From an uncultured Gemmatimonadales bacterium (GTDB lineage: Bacteria > Gemmatimonadota > Gemmatimonadetes > Longimicrobiales > RSA9), in assembly GCA_963708135.1 (NCBI GenBank), contig OY970192.1:5120001-5184000 (forward strand): a stretch of DNA of 64,000 nucleotides, in the 5' to 3' direction. The notes under the pieces are model-generated. The model ran no database searches. It saw only the letters and a list, made by a program, of their open reading frames with translations, and was not told the DNA's origin. Position 1 is the first letter of the stretch, and each line of letters starts with the position of its first letter. Shown piece by piece: positions 50,281-61,406 of the stretch. The translations under genes and the position numbers were made by a program.

Positions 50281-51891
50281 ATGGAGATCCTGCTGGAGAC
50301 CCGGGCCGCGGATGCCCCCGTGGAGGCGGCGCGGCCCGGCCTGGCGCTGAAGCCGCTGCTGGCCGTCGCCGCGGTCATCACGGCGGCGCACCTGGCGGTC
50401 AACCTGTTCGGGCCGTACGTGCTGCACCGGGACGCGCTGCTCTACCTGGCCATGGGGGAGCACCTGCGCCTGTGGAGCATGGACTTCCCGCCGTTCATCG
50501 CGCTCCTGGCCCGGGCGACCCGTTTTCTGCTCGGCGACTCCACGGCCGCGATCCGTGCGGGCCCGATGCTCGCCCACGGCCTCCTCATCCTCCTCGCCGG
50601 TGTCCTCGCCCGCGAGTTCGGCGGCGGCCGCTTCGCGCAGCTGCTGGCCGCGGTGGGCGTCGCGCTGGCGCCCATCTTCCTGCGCCCTGGCAGTCTCTTC
50701 CAGCCCGTCGTGTTCGACCAGCTGTGGTGGACGCTCGCGCTGCTCTCGCTGGCCCGCATCGGGCGGAGCGCCGTGGCTCGAGGCGACGCCGGCGATCCGC
50801 TGGCCTGGGTCGGCCTCGGCCTCGCCGGCGGGCTCGGGCTCCTCACCAAGTTCAGCATCGGCTTCATCGCCGTCGGCATCCTCGTGGGGCTCCTCGTCTC
50901 GCCGCAGCGCCGGGCGCTGCTCACCCGCTGGCCGTGGGAGGCCGCGCTGCTGGCGCTCCTGATCGGCCTGCCGAGCGTGGTCGGGCAGGTGCGCCTCGGC
51001 TTCCCGGTGGTGGGGCAGCTCGGCGACCTGCGGGCGAGCCAGCTCTCCTACGTCGGCTACCTCGACTTCATCTCCGGGCAGGTGCTCTACCTCGGGCCGC
51101 TGGCCATCCTGGCCGTGCTCGGCTTCGCCCGCCTCGCCGCCAGCCGCCGCTACCTCGTGGTGGCGGTCGCCTGCGCCGCCACCTTCCTCCTGCTCATGGC
51201 GCTCCACGGCAAGCCGTACTACGTGGCGCCGATCTACCCCGCGCTCACCGCCGCCGGCGCCGCCGCCCTCGAGTTGTGGACCGCGCCGCTGCACGCCCGC
51301 GCGGCCGGACGCGCCGCCAGCGCGGTGGTGCGGGGGCTGATCCTGGCGCTGGTGCTCCTGTTCGGGGCCGCGACGCTGCCGCTGGGGCTGCCCCTGCTGC
51401 CGCCCGCTCCCATGGCCGCGTACGCCCACCGGCTCGGCGTCGAGGCCGCCGTCCGGACGAACCAGCGCGTCGCGCTCACGCTGCCGCAGGACTATGCCGA
51501 CATGCTCGGCTGGCCCGAGCAGGCCGCCGCCGTCGCGCGCGTCTACCGCGCGCTGCCGCCCGACAAGCGCGCCCAGGCCGTGCTCATCGGCGAGAACTAC
51601 GGCGAGGCGGGCGCGATCGACTTCTACGGCCGGCGCTGGACGCTGCCGCCCGCCATCGCGACCGTGGGCTCGTACTGGTTCTTCGGTCCGGGGGAGAAGC
51701 CCGGCAACGTGGCCGTGATACTCGGCGCCGACACGACGGAGCTGAAGCAGTACTTCCGCGTGGTCCGCCCGGTCTTCATCGTGCGGAACCCCTGGGGCGT
51801 CCCGGAGGAGCGCGAGGTGGTGGTCGCCGTCGCCGAGGAGCCGTACCGCACGCTCCAGCAGCTCTGGCCGGGGTTCGCGGGGCGGAACTGA
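50281..51891 (+). CDS. GT39/ArnT-like membrane glycosyltransferase
   Basis: LHRDALLY, DFPPF, multiple TM helices, GLLTKF and NYGEAGA. Confidence 0.82.
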   Translation: MEILLETRAADAPVEAARPGLALKPLLAVAAVITAAHLAVNLFGPYVLHRDALLYLAMGEHLRLWSMDFPPFIALLARATRFLLGDSTAAIRAGPMLAHGLLILLAGVLAREFGGGRFAQLLAAVGVALAPIFLRPGSLFQPVVFDQLWWTLALLSLARIGRSAVARGDAGDPLAWVGLGLAGGLGLLTKFSIGFIAVGILVGLLVSPQRRALLTRWPWEAALLALLIGLPSVVGQVRLGFPVVGQLGDLRASQLSYVGYLDFISGQVLYLGPLAILAVLGFARLAASRRYLVVAVACAATFLLLMALHGKPYYVAPIYPALTAAGAAALELWTAPLHARAAGRAASAVVRGLILALVLLFGAATLPLGLPLLPPAPMAAYAHRLGVEAAVRTNQRVALTLPQDYADMLGWPEQAAAVARVYRALPPDKRAQAVLIGENYGEAGAIDFYGRRWTLPPAIATVGSYWFFGPGEKPGNVAVILGADTTELKQYFRVVRPVFIVRNPWGVPEEREVVVAVAEEPYRTLQQLWPGFAGRN

Positions 51892-51975
51892 AGGAGTCGG
51901 AATCACGGGCGGCGGCCGGTCTCGCGCGCAGCCGCGGCCGCCCGGGCGAGCGCCCGGGCGGTGCGGCCTCTTCGC

Positions 51976-53319
51976 TCACCCGCCCCTGTGCCTCCCCATG
52001 AGCAGCCGGCGCAGCCCGGCGGGCATGGGTGGGCGGCTGGCGGCGTGGGAAGCCATGCTCGCGCTGGCCGGGCCCACGGCCGACGTCGCGCTCGCGACGG
52101 ACGCCGACACGCCGGCGCGCGTGGCATGCGGCGTGGCCAGGAAGGCATGGGCCTCCCCCGTGTTCATGTCCACCGCCAACCCCGCGATCTGCCCCGACTG
52201 GTTGAGCCCGAGCGGCAGGATGATGTAGAGCGAGGAGCCGGCGGGGAGCAGCGAGTTCAGGTCCGTGAAGACGCCGTCCCGCCAGATGTAGCCCCGGCAC
52301 GCCCCGAAGGCGACGTCGCAGGAGGAGCCGACCATCTGCCCGCGATCGTTGGCGTAGAAGGGCGTGTTCTGGGCGTCGGCGGGGTCGGAGCTCATCAGCC
52401 CCAGATCCTGCATCCCCGTTGCGCGGGTCCAGCGGAACGGGTGGATCGACCCGTCGGCATAGCCCGCGGCGCCGAACACCTCACCGTGGTTGTTGATGGT
52501 GGCGGCGAAGCCGGCGTTGGGGTCGCCCAGGTCGCCGAGGCGTATGGGAGTGCCCCGATCCCACATCACCGCGTGCGCGCCGAACCCCGTGCCGCCGAAG
52601 CCCGTGTTCGAGCACAGCCCGGAGGTACCGACCACCTGGCCGCTGTCGTTGTTCCGCGCGGCCATGGCCACCTCGTCGCCGGGCAGCGGCGGCAGGACCC
52701 GCGCCTGTCCGTTCTCCCAGGCGACGGCCTGGAAGTGGCTCCTCTGCGGTGCCAGGCAGGTGGCGTCCAGGACGCCGTCGTCCGCCACGCCCACGATCTG
52801 GCCGCCGTTGTTGGAGGTCAGGGCCGCGGAGTTGATGCCCCCCAGTCCCGGCAGGGTCTGGACCACACCGTTGCGCCACACGCCGGCGCGGCACACCAGC
52901 CCGGTGCCGAAGCCGCAGAAGTTCTCGTCGAGCAGGTCCGCCTGTCCGGTCTCGCCGAGAATCGGCCGCTCGGGGGCCCCGGTGGTCCCGCCGGCCTCCG
53001 TGTTGAGAGGCGCGTTCGGCCCGCCGAAGGTGCCCAGGTCGTGCATGGAGCCGCCGTACCACAGGAACGGATGCTGGTACTCGCCCGGAATCGTCGCCGC
53101 GCCCGCGACGATGCCCGCGTCGCTGACGTCGAACGCGATGCTGAACGATCCTCCGAGCGTGCCGAGGTCGGCGATGCTGTAGCCGGAGGGAGCCATCGAA
53201 GCCGATGGCCCGAGTAGCGCTCGCGCCGGATCGGCGGTCGGCGAGTCGGAGCAGGATGCGGCGGTGGCCGCGGCGGCGGCCATGGTCGCGATCAGCAGGC
53301 GCTTCCAGGTGAATCGCAT
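51976..53319 (-). CDS. Secreted HAF-repeat protein
   Basis: Repeated DLGTLGG / HPFLW / NNGGQIVG / HAFL units after a signal peptide. Confidence 0.8.
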   Translation of the reverse strand: MRFTWKRLLIATMAAAAATAASCSDSPTADPARALLGPSASMAPSGYSIADLGTLGGSFSIAFDVSDAGIVAGAATIPGEYQHPFLWYGGSMHDLGTFGGPNAPLNTEAGGTTGAPERPILGETGQADLLDENFCGFGTGLVCRAGVWRNGVVQTLPGLGGINSAALTSNNGGQIVGVADDGVLDATCLAPQRSHFQAVAWENGQARVLPPLPGDEVAMAARNNDSGQVVGTSGLCSNTGFGGTGFGAHAVMWDRGTPIRLGDLGDPNAGFAATINNHGEVFGAAGYADGSIHPFRWTRATGMQDLGLMSSDPADAQNTPFYANDRGQMVGSSCDVAFGACRGYIWRDGVFTDLNSLLPAGSSLYIILPLGLNQSGQIAGLAVDMNTGEAHAFLATPHATRAGVSASVASATSAVGPASASMASHAASRPPMPAGLRRLLMGRHRGG

Positions 53320-53565
53320 GTGGAGCCTCCCATCCGAGGTTGCGGGCCGAGCCCGGGTCGTTCGTGTAGAGGCATACGCGCAGGACCGTCGCCGATCCTG
53401 ACATCGGAGCGCTTGTGCGGCGGCGGCGCCGGAGGTATTCCGAAGGGCGTGGGCGGCCTCGGCACCCGCGCGGCCGGAGGCGGGGACGCTGGCGTGAGGC
53501 GCACCCCGCGTCGCCTGGCGGGTAGAACGCGGCGGAGGACGACACGGCGGAGACGAGCGAGGCGG

Positions 53566-54780
53566 ATGAGCGAGAGACGGCGGACGGCGACGGTCGATGT
53601 GGGCGGCGTGCGGGTGGGGAGCTGCCATCCGATCGTCGTGCAGTCGATGACGAACACGGACACGGCGGACCCGGAGGCGACGGCGCGGCAGGTGGCGGAG
53701 CTGGCGCTCGCGGGGAGCGAGCTGGTGCGCGTGACCGTGAACACGGACGAGGCGGCGGCGGCCGTGCCGGAGATGGCCGCGCGGCTCGAGGAGGCGGGGG
53801 TGGGCGTGCCGGTCATCGGCGACTTCCACTACAACGGCCACCTGCTGCTCGCGCGCCACCCGGAGACCGCGAAGGCGCTCGCCAAGTACCGCATCAACCC
53901 CGGCAACGTGGGCGCGAAGCGGCACGACGAGAACTTCCGCACGATCGTCCGGGTCGCCATCGCCAACGGCAAGCCGGTGCGCATCGGCGTGAACTGGGGC
54001 TCGCTGGACCAGCAGCTGCTGACGGAGCTCATGGACGAGAACGCCCGGCGCGCGGAGCCGCTGGATGCCAAGGATGTGATGATCGAGGCGATGGTCCAGA
54101 GCGCGCTGCGCTCCGCCGAGCTGGCGGAGGAGACCGGGCTCGGCCACGACCGCATCATCCTGTCGGCCAAGGTCTCCGGCGTGCAGGACCTGATCCGCGT
54201 CTACCGCGAGCTGGCCGCGCGCTGCGACTACCCGCTGCACCTGGGGCTGACGGAAGCGGGGATGGGGACGAAGGGCGTCGTCGCCTCGGCGGCCGCGCTC
54301 GGCGTGCTGCTCCAGGAGGGGATCGGCGACACGATCCGCGTCTCCCTCACGCCGCGGCCCGGCGGCGCGCGCACGGAGGAGGTGCGCGTCGCGCAGCAGA
54401 TCCTGCAATCGATGGAGCTGCGCTCCTTCAACCCGCAGGTCACCTCCTGCCCCGGCTGCGGCCGCACGACGAGCACGTTCTTCCAGCAGATGGCCGAGGA
54501 CATCCAGGGCTACATCCAGGAGAAGATGCCCGCCTGGCGCCTGGCGCACCCGGGGGTGGAGGAGCTCAAGGTGGCGGTGATGGGGTGCGTGGTGAACGGC
54601 CCCGGCGAGTCGAAGCACGCCAACATCGGCATCTCGCTGCCCGGCACCTTCGAGGAGCCCAAGGCGCCCGTCTACATCGACGGCGCGCTCTTCACGACCC
54701 TTCGAGGCGACGCCCTCGTCGCGCAGTTCCTCGCCCTCCTCGACTCCTACGTCGCCGAGCGCTACCCGGCGATGGCGTAG
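53566..54780 (+). CDS. ispG: (E)-4-hydroxy-3-methylbut-2-enyl-diphosphate synthase
   Basis: [40 protein letters not shown] and [10 protein letters not shown]. Confidence 0.97.
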   Translation: MSERRRTATVDVGGVRVGSCHPIVVQSMTNTDTADPEATARQVAELALAGSELVRVTVNTDEAAAAVPEMAARLEEAGVGVPVIGDFHYNGHLLLARHPETAKALAKYRINPGNVGAKRHDENFRTIVRVAIANGKPVRIGVNWGSLDQQLLTELMDENARRAEPLDAKDVMIEAMVQSALRSAELAEETGLGHDRIILSAKVSGVQDLIRVYRELAARCDYPLHLGLTEAGMGTKGVVASAAALGVLLQEGIGDTIRVSLTPRPGGARTEEVRVAQQILQSMELRSFNPQVTSCPGCGRTTSTFFQQMAEDIQGYIQEKMPAWRLAHPGVEELKVAVMGCVVNGPGESKHANIGISLPGTFEEPKAPVYIDGALFTTLRGDALVAQFLALLDSYVAERYPAMA

Positions 54781-54825
54781 GCGACCGGGGGGCGCCTCCA
54801 CCCCGCCGGCGCGCCTTGCCCTCAC

Positions 54826-54956
54826 CGGCGCGACTCGACCTCGCCGGCGCGACTCGCCTCAACCGCGCGACTCGACCTCGCCGGCGCGCCTCGACCTCGC
54901 CGGCGCGACTCGCCTCAACCGACTCGACCTCAACCGCGCGACTCGACCTCACCGGC
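54826..54956. repeat. Degenerate short tandem repeat CGCGACTCG(A)CCTC
   Basis: Directly visible after ispG. Confidence 0.75.
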
Positions 54957-55318
54957 GTGCCTCCTCTCTCGCAGAGGCGCGGAGGGAGCCGGAGCCGCGG
55001 AGAAGCCGGACGGGGCGGGCCGCGGGCGTGCCGCGGCTGCCAGGCGCAACAACGACCCGGTGATGTGTTTTTCTTCCGGCTCCCGAAGCTGTCCGGCGCG
55101 CGACCGCCTTCCACCGCGATGAAAACAAATAAAGGGCGCCGCCCCGCGACGAGAGGGGCCACGCCCGGGATGCCGCGGCCGGCGGCACCTCCGCGGCTCC
55201 GCGCAAGCTCCGCGACTCTGTGAGAAAGAAGGGCGCGGGTAGGCCGAGGTACGCCCGGGGGCGAGAATAGAAGCGCGCTGGCAGGCCGCAGGTACGTCCG
55301 TGGGTCCCCGGCGGTCTC

Positions 55319-56263
55319 CTACTCCGAGCCCACCTCGTAGCGCCCGCTCGCCATCGCCTGGACGGACGGCAGGCGATGCGTGCTCTCGAACGCGTCGTAC
55401 CCCTGCTTGAGGTTGCGCCAGAAGGCGAGAAGGGCGGGGCGGTCCGGGAACGCGCGCGCGAGCTGCGCCATTGAGGCGTCGTCGAGCCGCGTCGGGTAGA
55501 TGTCGATCGGCACCTCGCCCTGCCCGAGCGCCCGCTCCTGCGCCACCAGCCAGTAGAGCTCCTTGATCGCATCGTTCGTGAGCGGCAGGCAGCCCGCCGT
55601 GCGGCAGCCGCCGTGCACGTAGATGTCGCCGCCCGGCGCCCCGTCGGCCCGGCCCAGGTCGGCCGCGTTCGGGTAGTCGAGGCGCAGCGAAAGGAAATAG
55701 TGGCTGTTCGGGTTGAGCTCCGTGATGTGGTAGAAGCCCTCCGGCACCTGCTCGTCGCCGCGCCGAAGCTTCGGCCCGAGGCGGCCCGCGCCGAGCGTGC
55801 AGATCCGGTACGTCCTGAGCAGAACGTAGCGCGCGCTGCCCGGCTCCCTCACCCACGCCTCCAGCTCCCGCTCCCGCTTGAACGCCCGCAGCAGGAGCGG
55901 CCCAGACAGGTACGGCAGCCCGCGCGCGGCGAAGGCCGCCCGCAGCGGCGCGTCCTTCTCCACGAAGGCCTCCCGCACGCGCTCGTTCGCGATCTCGGAG
56001 GCCAGCAGCACCCGTGACGGGCCGGGCAGGGGCGAGGTGAGCGCGGCGGGGGCCGAGACGGCGGCGAGCGCGGCGTCGCCGTAGACGGTTCCGTGCGCTC
56101 CGGGGGCGCGATGGCGCGCGGCCGGGAGCGCGAGGCGCGCGACGATGCGCTGGAACGCTTCATCCCGGGGGTGGGGCGTGAGCGCGGTGCAGCCGAGCAC
56201 GGAAATCGCACCCAGGGGCGCGATCCGCCGGGCGAGGCGCCGGACGCGAGACGCGGGGGCCAT
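55319..56263 (-). CDS. L,D-transpeptidase family (YafK-like) protein
   Basis: RAFKRERELE, GPKLRRGDEQVPEGFY, LDYPN and IYVHGGCRTAGC. Confidence 0.88.
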   Translation of the reverse strand: MAPASRVRRLARRIAPLGAISVLGCTALTPHPRDEAFQRIVARLALPAARHRAPGAHGTVYGDAALAAVSAPAALTSPLPGPSRVLLASEIANERVREAFVEKDAPLRAAFAARGLPYLSGPLLLRAFKRERELEAWVREPGSARYVLLRTYRICTLGAGRLGPKLRRGDEQVPEGFYHITELNPNSHYFLSLRLDYPNAADLGRADGAPGGDIYVHGGCRTAGCLPLTNDAIKELYWLVAQERALGQGEVPIDIYPTRLDDASMAQLARAFPDRPALLAFWRNLKQGYDAFESTHRLPSVQAMASGRYEVGSE

Positions 56264-56359
56264 GCTCCTCCTCGAGCGGCCAGCTGATCTGTATGAATGG
56301 ATTGCGAACGGGAGGAAGGTAACTCAAACTGGAGGAAAGCTGAAGAGGAACGGTCCCGC

Positions 56360-57175
56360 ATGAGAAGCTACACCCCGGAGACTCTGCTGGACGCGCTGCG
56401 CGCGCGCGGCGCGACGCGCCTGCGGCGGGTCGTGGTGCGGGAGAACCGGACCCGCCTGCTGTCGCTCTCCCGCGACCGTCGCACGCTGAACGCGCACGTG
56501 TGCTTTCTGGGCGCGACGCCGCGGGTCGTGGAGGCGCTGGCGACGTTCGCCGCCGCCGGCGCGCGCACGGAGGAGCACCACCAGGCGGTGGCGCGGCTGC
56601 GCGCCTGGCCCGGCGCGGTCGACGGGCTCAGGAAGGCGCGGCGGAAGGCGGCGCGCGCGGCGGCGCGGAAGGTGGCTCGTCGCCCGGCGGGTGCATCGGT
56701 GCTCGCGCTGCCGACTGGCCCATCCTGCGGCACGCCTCTGCAGCGGGAGTTCCTGCGGCGGCTGTACGACCGGCTGAACGCGACGCGGTTCCGCGGCGCG
56801 CTGCCGGCGGTCCACCTTCGCCTGAGCCCGCGCATGTCCCGGCGCTACGGACACGTGCGCTACGACGAGCGGGGTGGCCGCCGGCGCATCGTGGAGCTGG
56901 CGCTCAACGTGGACCTGCTGATGGAGGGCAACGAGCCGGAGCTGGTGGACACGATGCTGCACGAGATGGCGCACGTGGAGGCGTGGCTGCGGCATGGCGA
57001 GAAGGGCCACGGCGAGATCTGGCAGCGCATCTCCGAGCGGGTCGGCGCCGACACCACCGCCTCGAGCTCGCGCCGTATCCGCCTGCGCCGCCGCGGCACC
57101 CCGCCTCCCGAGGACATCCCGCTCCTGCTGGATGCGACGACCCGCCGCGCCGTCGCCGCGCGGACCGGGAGGTAG
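56360..57175 (+). CDS. SprT-like zinc metalloprotease domain protein
   Basis: LNATRFRGALP, TMLHEMAH and HGEIW. Confidence 0.8.
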   Translation: MRSYTPETLLDALRARGATRLRRVVVRENRTRLLSLSRDRRTLNAHVCFLGATPRVVEALATFAAAGARTEEHHQAVARLRAWPGAVDGLRKARRKAARAAARKVARRPAGASVLALPTGPSCGTPLQREFLRRLYDRLNATRFRGALPAVHLRLSPRMSRRYGHVRYDERGGRRRIVELALNVDLLMEGNEPELVDTMLHEMAHVEAWLRHGEKGHGEIWQRISERVGADTTASSSRRIRLRRRGTPPPEDIPLLLDATTRRAVAARTGR

Positions 57176-57350
57176 TTTTTCCCCGCCGCCCCGCTGCCCC
57201 GGAGTGGGAGAGTGGGGGAGTGGGAGACCGGGCGACGATCGCGGCGGCCGACCGTGCGCCGGCCGAACGGCGGCCCCGGCGCTCCTCGCCGGCCTCACCT
57301 GCCGGGCGGCGCTCCGGCTGCGCGGCGGCCCCGGCGCTCCTCGCCGGCCT

Positions 57351-57404
57351 CACCTGCCGGGCGGCGCTCCGGCGGGGAGGCCCTCTCCGGCCCTGCGGAA
57401 CTCG
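57351..57404 (+). repeat. Dispersed element A, core-only copy 4
   Basis: Exact core match, preceded by a partial duplicate at ~57270-57317. Confidence 0.8.
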
Positions 57405-57484
57405 TGAAAGTCGGAGCGCATCGCCGTTCGCATCCCGCATCCCGCATCCCGCATCCCGGCCCCGAGCCCCGAGCCCCGAGCCCG

Positions 57485-58128
57485 TCAGCTCCTCTGCGCC
57501 AGCTCCACCACCACCGTCCTGACGCCATCGACGACGAACTGGGTGCCCATGACCATCACGAGCAGTCCCATCAGGCGGGTGAGCACGTTGAGGCCCGTCT
57601 GGCCGAGCCGCTGCAGCAGGGCGGGCGAGACCATGAGGATGAGCCAGCTCGCGATCATGCTGAGCACGATGGCGACGTAGACGAGCGCCTCGTCCAGCGC
57701 CCCTCGACTCTGGCTGATCAGGGTGATGACCGTGCTGATCGCGCCCGGCCCGACGAGCGAGGGCAAGCCGAGGGGGATGATGCCGACGTCACCCCGTGCC
57801 GCGCTCTCGACCTCTTCCTCCTCCGTCATCTTCCCCTCGAGCGCCGCGCCTGCAGCATGTCCCATCCGATGCCGAACAGGATGATGCCGCCCGCGATCTG
57901 GAAGGCATAGGTCGTGATGCCGAACAGGCGCAGGATCCAGGAGCCCAGGGCGGCGAACGCGAGGAGCACGATGAGCCCCGTGGCGATGGCGCGCCGCAGC
58001 GTCGCCGCGCGGTGCCGGGCGTCGTATTCCGCCGTGAGGGCCACGTAGAGCGGGGCGGAGTTGACGGGGTTGATGATGGCCACGAGCGAGGAGAACGTGA
58101 GCAGGAGGAACCCGCCATGCGTGCTCAC
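57485..58128 (-). pseudogene. marC: MarC family membrane protein with a 1-bp frameshift near 57835
   Basis: SLVAIINP...FQIAGGIILF...LQARRSR in one frame and KMTEEE...IIPLGLPSLVGPGAIST...RLMGLL in another. The shift falls at a GGGG run. Confidence 0.8.
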
Positions 58129-58889
58129 AGCAGCTCCTCCTGCACCCACGTGCCGCCGGCGCCCGCGCCGCCCCCCGGCTCGTCGCCGCCCCCTTCCGGC
58201 GTCCCGTCGCGAGGCGGCCCGTACGCCTCGGCCGCGACGAAGCACTCGGGCGCGTCGTTGGCGGGCGCGTTGACGAGGGTCGAGACGGCGTAGGCCTCGA
58301 GGTCGGCGCCGGCGTAGGGGCGGAGCAGCGCCTGGAGCTCGTCCGGCGTGGCGGCCCGGTCCAGCCAGCGGGCGCGCGCGTCGGGGGGCAGCACGGCGGG
58401 CATGCGGTCGTGGATGTCGCGGATGCCCGGCGCCGCGTCGGTGGTCACGATCGCGCAGGTGAGCAGCGGGGCCGCGTCGCCTGCGTGCCAGCGCTCGTAG
58501 AGGCCGGCGAAGGCGAAGGGGCGCTCGCCGTGCAGGCGCAGCCGCATGGGCGTCCGGCGGCGGCCCTCCTTCATCCACTCGTACCAGCCGTCGGCGGGGA
58601 CGAGGCAGCGGCCGCGGGCGAACGCGCGCCGGAACGCGGGCTTGGTGGCGAGGGTCTCGGCGCGTGCGTTGATCATGCGGTTGCCGATGGCGGGATCCTT
58701 CGCCCAGCGCGGCACCAGCCCCCAGCGCGCCATGCGCAGCCGCGCCACCGCCTCGCCCCGAAGCAGCACAGCGACATCCTGCGTGGGTGCGATGTTCCAG
58801 CGGGGCCGCAGGTCGAACGGCGGCTCCGTCGGGCCGAACTCGTCGAAGAGTCCGGCCTGCGGCGTCGCGAGGGAGAATCGTCCGCACAT
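58125..58889 (-). CDS. SOS response-associated peptidase (SRAP/HMCES/YedK family)
   Basis: [35 protein letters not shown] and IHDRMP. Confidence 0.95.
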   Translation of the reverse strand: MCGRFSLATPQAGLFDEFGPTEPPFDLRPRWNIAPTQDVAVLLRGEAVARLRMARWGLVPRWAKDPAIGNRMINARAETLATKPAFRRAFARGRCLVPADGWYEWMKEGRRRTPMRLRLHGERPFAFAGLYERWHAGDAAPLLTCAIVTTDAAPGIRDIHDRMPAVLPPDARARWLDRAATPDELQALLRPYAGADLEAYAVSTLVNAPANDAPECFVAAEAYGPPRDGTPEGGGDEPGGGAGAGGTWVQEELL

Positions 58890-58960
58890 GGTCGGTTGGT
58901 CTTTGCGTCGAGGTGAACCGGGGCGAGAAGCTAGAAGGGCGCGCTGGGTCGCGGCAAGGG

Positions 58961-59044
58961 CGGAACGGCGGGACTGCGAACGGCGGGACTGCGAACGGCG
59001 GGACTGCGAACGGCGGGACTGCGAACGGCGGGACTGCGAACGGC
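58961..59044. repeat. 15-bp tandem repeat CGGCGGGACTGCGAA x5
   Basis: Directly visible in the sequence. Confidence 0.9.
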
Positions 59045-59052
59045 GAAACGGC

Positions 59053-59869
59053 GGACTGCGGGTGGGGGTGAAGCGGGTGAGGGTGAGGGTGAGGACGGGG
59101 GTGGGGGCACTGCGGGGGGAGAGGCGGGTGGGGGCTGACTTCGGGTGGGGGGGCTTGCTCTGTTCGGGGCAGCGTCTGGGTGCGGGCTCGTTCAGCCCGT
59201 TCGGACGAGCGGCCACGTTGATTGCTCCTGCGACCTCGTCGGGGCGCTCGGTGGCCGGCGCGAGGAAGTGCGCCCGCTGCGCAACTGACGCATCGGGCCA
59301 TTCCGTTGCCCCGCGGGGTGTGGTTGGTTGGGAGCATGGGACCCGAGAAGATCCGGATGTGGCGGGCGGCGGAGACGCTGCTGGAGGAGATCGACCGAAT
59401 GGCCGAGCAGGTGACGGCGCTGGCGCCGAACGCCGCGGACCATCTGGAGCGCTCGGCAGAGTCGGCTCTCTTCAACATCGCGGAGGGCGCGGGCTCGTTC
59501 AGGCCCGGCACCAAGGTTTCCGCGTACGAGGTCGCGAAGAAGGAGGCCAACGAGGTGCGTGCGGTCCTGCGCCGGCTGGTGATCAAGCGCGTCCTGACGA
59601 ATGCCGACATTGCCCGCGCCTACAACCTCGCCGGCGCGCTCGTCGGCATGCTGACCCGCGCGATCATCTCCGTCTCCCGCCGCCAGCCATAGCCCCTCAC
59701 CCCGCCAACCCCCACCCGCCGTTCCCGCGGTCAACCCCCACCCGCCGTTCCCGCGGTCAACCCCCACCCGCCGTTCCCGCGGTCAACCCCCCACCCGCAG
59801 TCCCGCCCGCAGTGCCCTCACCCCCGCCCCCGCCCTCACCCTCGCCCGCTTCACCCCCACCCGCAGTCC
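59053..59869. repeat. 64-bp inverted repeat (59053-59116 / 59806-59869) enclosing the four-helix-bundle gene
   Basis: Ungapped hand alignment gives 59/64 complementary positions. Confidence 0.88.
59336..59692 (+). CDS. Four-helix-bundle protein (23S rRNA IVS protein-like)
   Basis: [20 protein letters not shown]...[11 protein letters not shown] in a ~118-aa protein. Confidence 0.82.
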   Translation: MGPEKIRMWRAAETLLEEIDRMAEQVTALAPNAADHLERSAESALFNIAEGAGSFRPGTKVSAYEVAKKEANEVRAVLRRLVIKRVLTNADIARAYNLAGALVGMLTRAIISVSRRQP

Positions 59870-59902
59870 CGCGGTCAACCCCCCACCCGCAGTCCCCGCG
59901 GT
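59708..59902. repeat. ~26-bp tandem repeat ACCCCCACCCGCCGTTCCCGCGGTCA and variants
   Basis: Directly visible downstream of the four-helix-bundle gene. Confidence 0.85.
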
Positions 59903-59979
59903 TGGCTGGCGCCTGCACCGCCGTCGATTGCATACTAGACCCCCGAGTCAACCTCCGTTCCCCGAGCCCACACGATCCC

Positions 59980-61263
59980 ATGCGCACGCTCCTGCTGCTG
60001 ACGGCCGCCGCGGCGCTCGCCGCCGCACCCCGCCCGCTGGCCGCGCAGGCGGCTCGTGCCGACAGCGTCTTCCTGCTGCGCCCGGCGCGCGTGTTCGACG
60101 GTACGACGCCGGCGCCGCACGAGGGGTGGGCGGTGCTCGTGCACGGGGACCGCATCGAGGCGGCGGGGCCGGCGGCGTCGGTACGCGCGCCGCGCGGCGC
60201 GAAGGTGATCGAGCTGCCGGGCGCGACGCTGCTGCCGGGGCTGATCGAGGCGCACTCGCACATGCTGCTGCACCCGTACGACGAGGTGCCATGGAACGAC
60301 CAGGTGCTCTTCGAGCCGCTGGGCGAGCGGACGGCTCGGGGCGTGAACCACCTGCGCGCCACGCTCATGGCGGGCTTCACGACCATTCGGGACCTGGGCA
60401 CGGAGGGCGCCGGCTACGCCGACGTCGGCCTCAAGTCGGCCGTCGAGAAGGGGGTGATCCCCGGGCCGCGCATGTTCGTGGTGACGCGGGCCATCGTCGC
60501 CAGGGGCAGCTACGGCGTGAAGGGCGCGCCGGAGTGGGACCTGCCGCTCGGCGCGGAGGAGGCGGCGGGGCTGGACGGCATCACCGCCGCGGTGCGGCAC
60601 CAGATCGGCAAGGGCGCGGACTGGGTCAAGATCTACGGCGACTACTACTGGGGCCCGCACCACGAGGCGGAGCCGACCTTCACGGAGGAGGAGCTGCAGA
60701 AGGCGGTGGAGGTGGCGCACAGCGCTGGCCGGCCGGTGGCGGTCCACACCGTGACGCCGGAGGGGATGCGGCGGGCGGCGCTCGCGAACGTCAACACGAT
60801 CGAGCACGGCGACGAGGGCACGCCGGAGATCTTCCGGCTCATGAAGGAGCACGGCGTCGCCTTCATCCCGACGCTCGCCGCGACCTACTCGATCTCGCGC
60901 TACCACGGCTGGCGGCCGGGCGTGGACCCCGAGCCGCCGGGCGTCAAGCGGAAGCGGCAGATGTTCCGGTACGCGCTGGACAGCGGCGTGAGGATCGGCA
61001 GCGGCAGCGACGTGGGCGTCTTCACGCACGGGAAGAACGCGCTCGAGCTGGAGCTCATGGTGGACTATGGCATGACGCCCGCGCAGGCGCTCACGGCCGC
61101 GACCGCCACCGACGCGGACATCCTCGGCCTGGATGCGGGCCGCGTCCAGCCGGGGAAGCTCGCGGACCTCGTCGCCGTGGCGGGCGATCCGACGGAGGAC
61201 ATCAAGGCGCTGGAGAGCGTCCGGTTCGTCATGAAGGACGGCGTCGTCTACCGCCAGCCGTGA
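59980..61263 (+). CDS. Metal-dependent amidohydrolase, exported
   Basis: [35 protein letters not shown] and GKLADLV. Confidence 0.9.
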   Translation: MRTLLLLTAAAALAAAPRPLAAQAARADSVFLLRPARVFDGTTPAPHEGWAVLVHGDRIEAAGPAASVRAPRGAKVIELPGATLLPGLIEAHSHMLLHPYDEVPWNDQVLFEPLGERTARGVNHLRATLMAGFTTIRDLGTEGAGYADVGLKSAVEKGVIPGPRMFVVTRAIVARGSYGVKGAPEWDLPLGAEEAAGLDGITAAVRHQIGKGADWVKIYGDYYWGPHHEAEPTFTEEELQKAVEVAHSAGRPVAVHTVTPEGMRRAALANVNTIEHGDEGTPEIFRLMKEHGVAFIPTLAATYSISRYHGWRPGVDPEPPGVKRKRQMFRYALDSGVRIGSGSDVGVFTHGKNALELELMVDYGMTPAQALTAATATDADILGLDAGRVQPGKLADLVAVAGDPTEDIKALESVRFVMKDGVVYRQP

Positions 61264-61406
61264 GCCGCGGCGCGGTTCTCGAAGGCAGCCGGCGCAGCGC
61301 GGGCGCCGCCGGGAAGGGGGATCCTGGGAATCGCCGCGCAGGTACCATGCGGGACAGGGCGGGCCGCCGCGCTGTGGCGGTCCCGGGGCCGAGGACAGGA
61401 GAGCGC

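Noticed and set aside
59336..59692. Diversity-generating retroelement Avd gene
   Set aside because: No reverse transcriptase or TR/VR pair was seen in the window.
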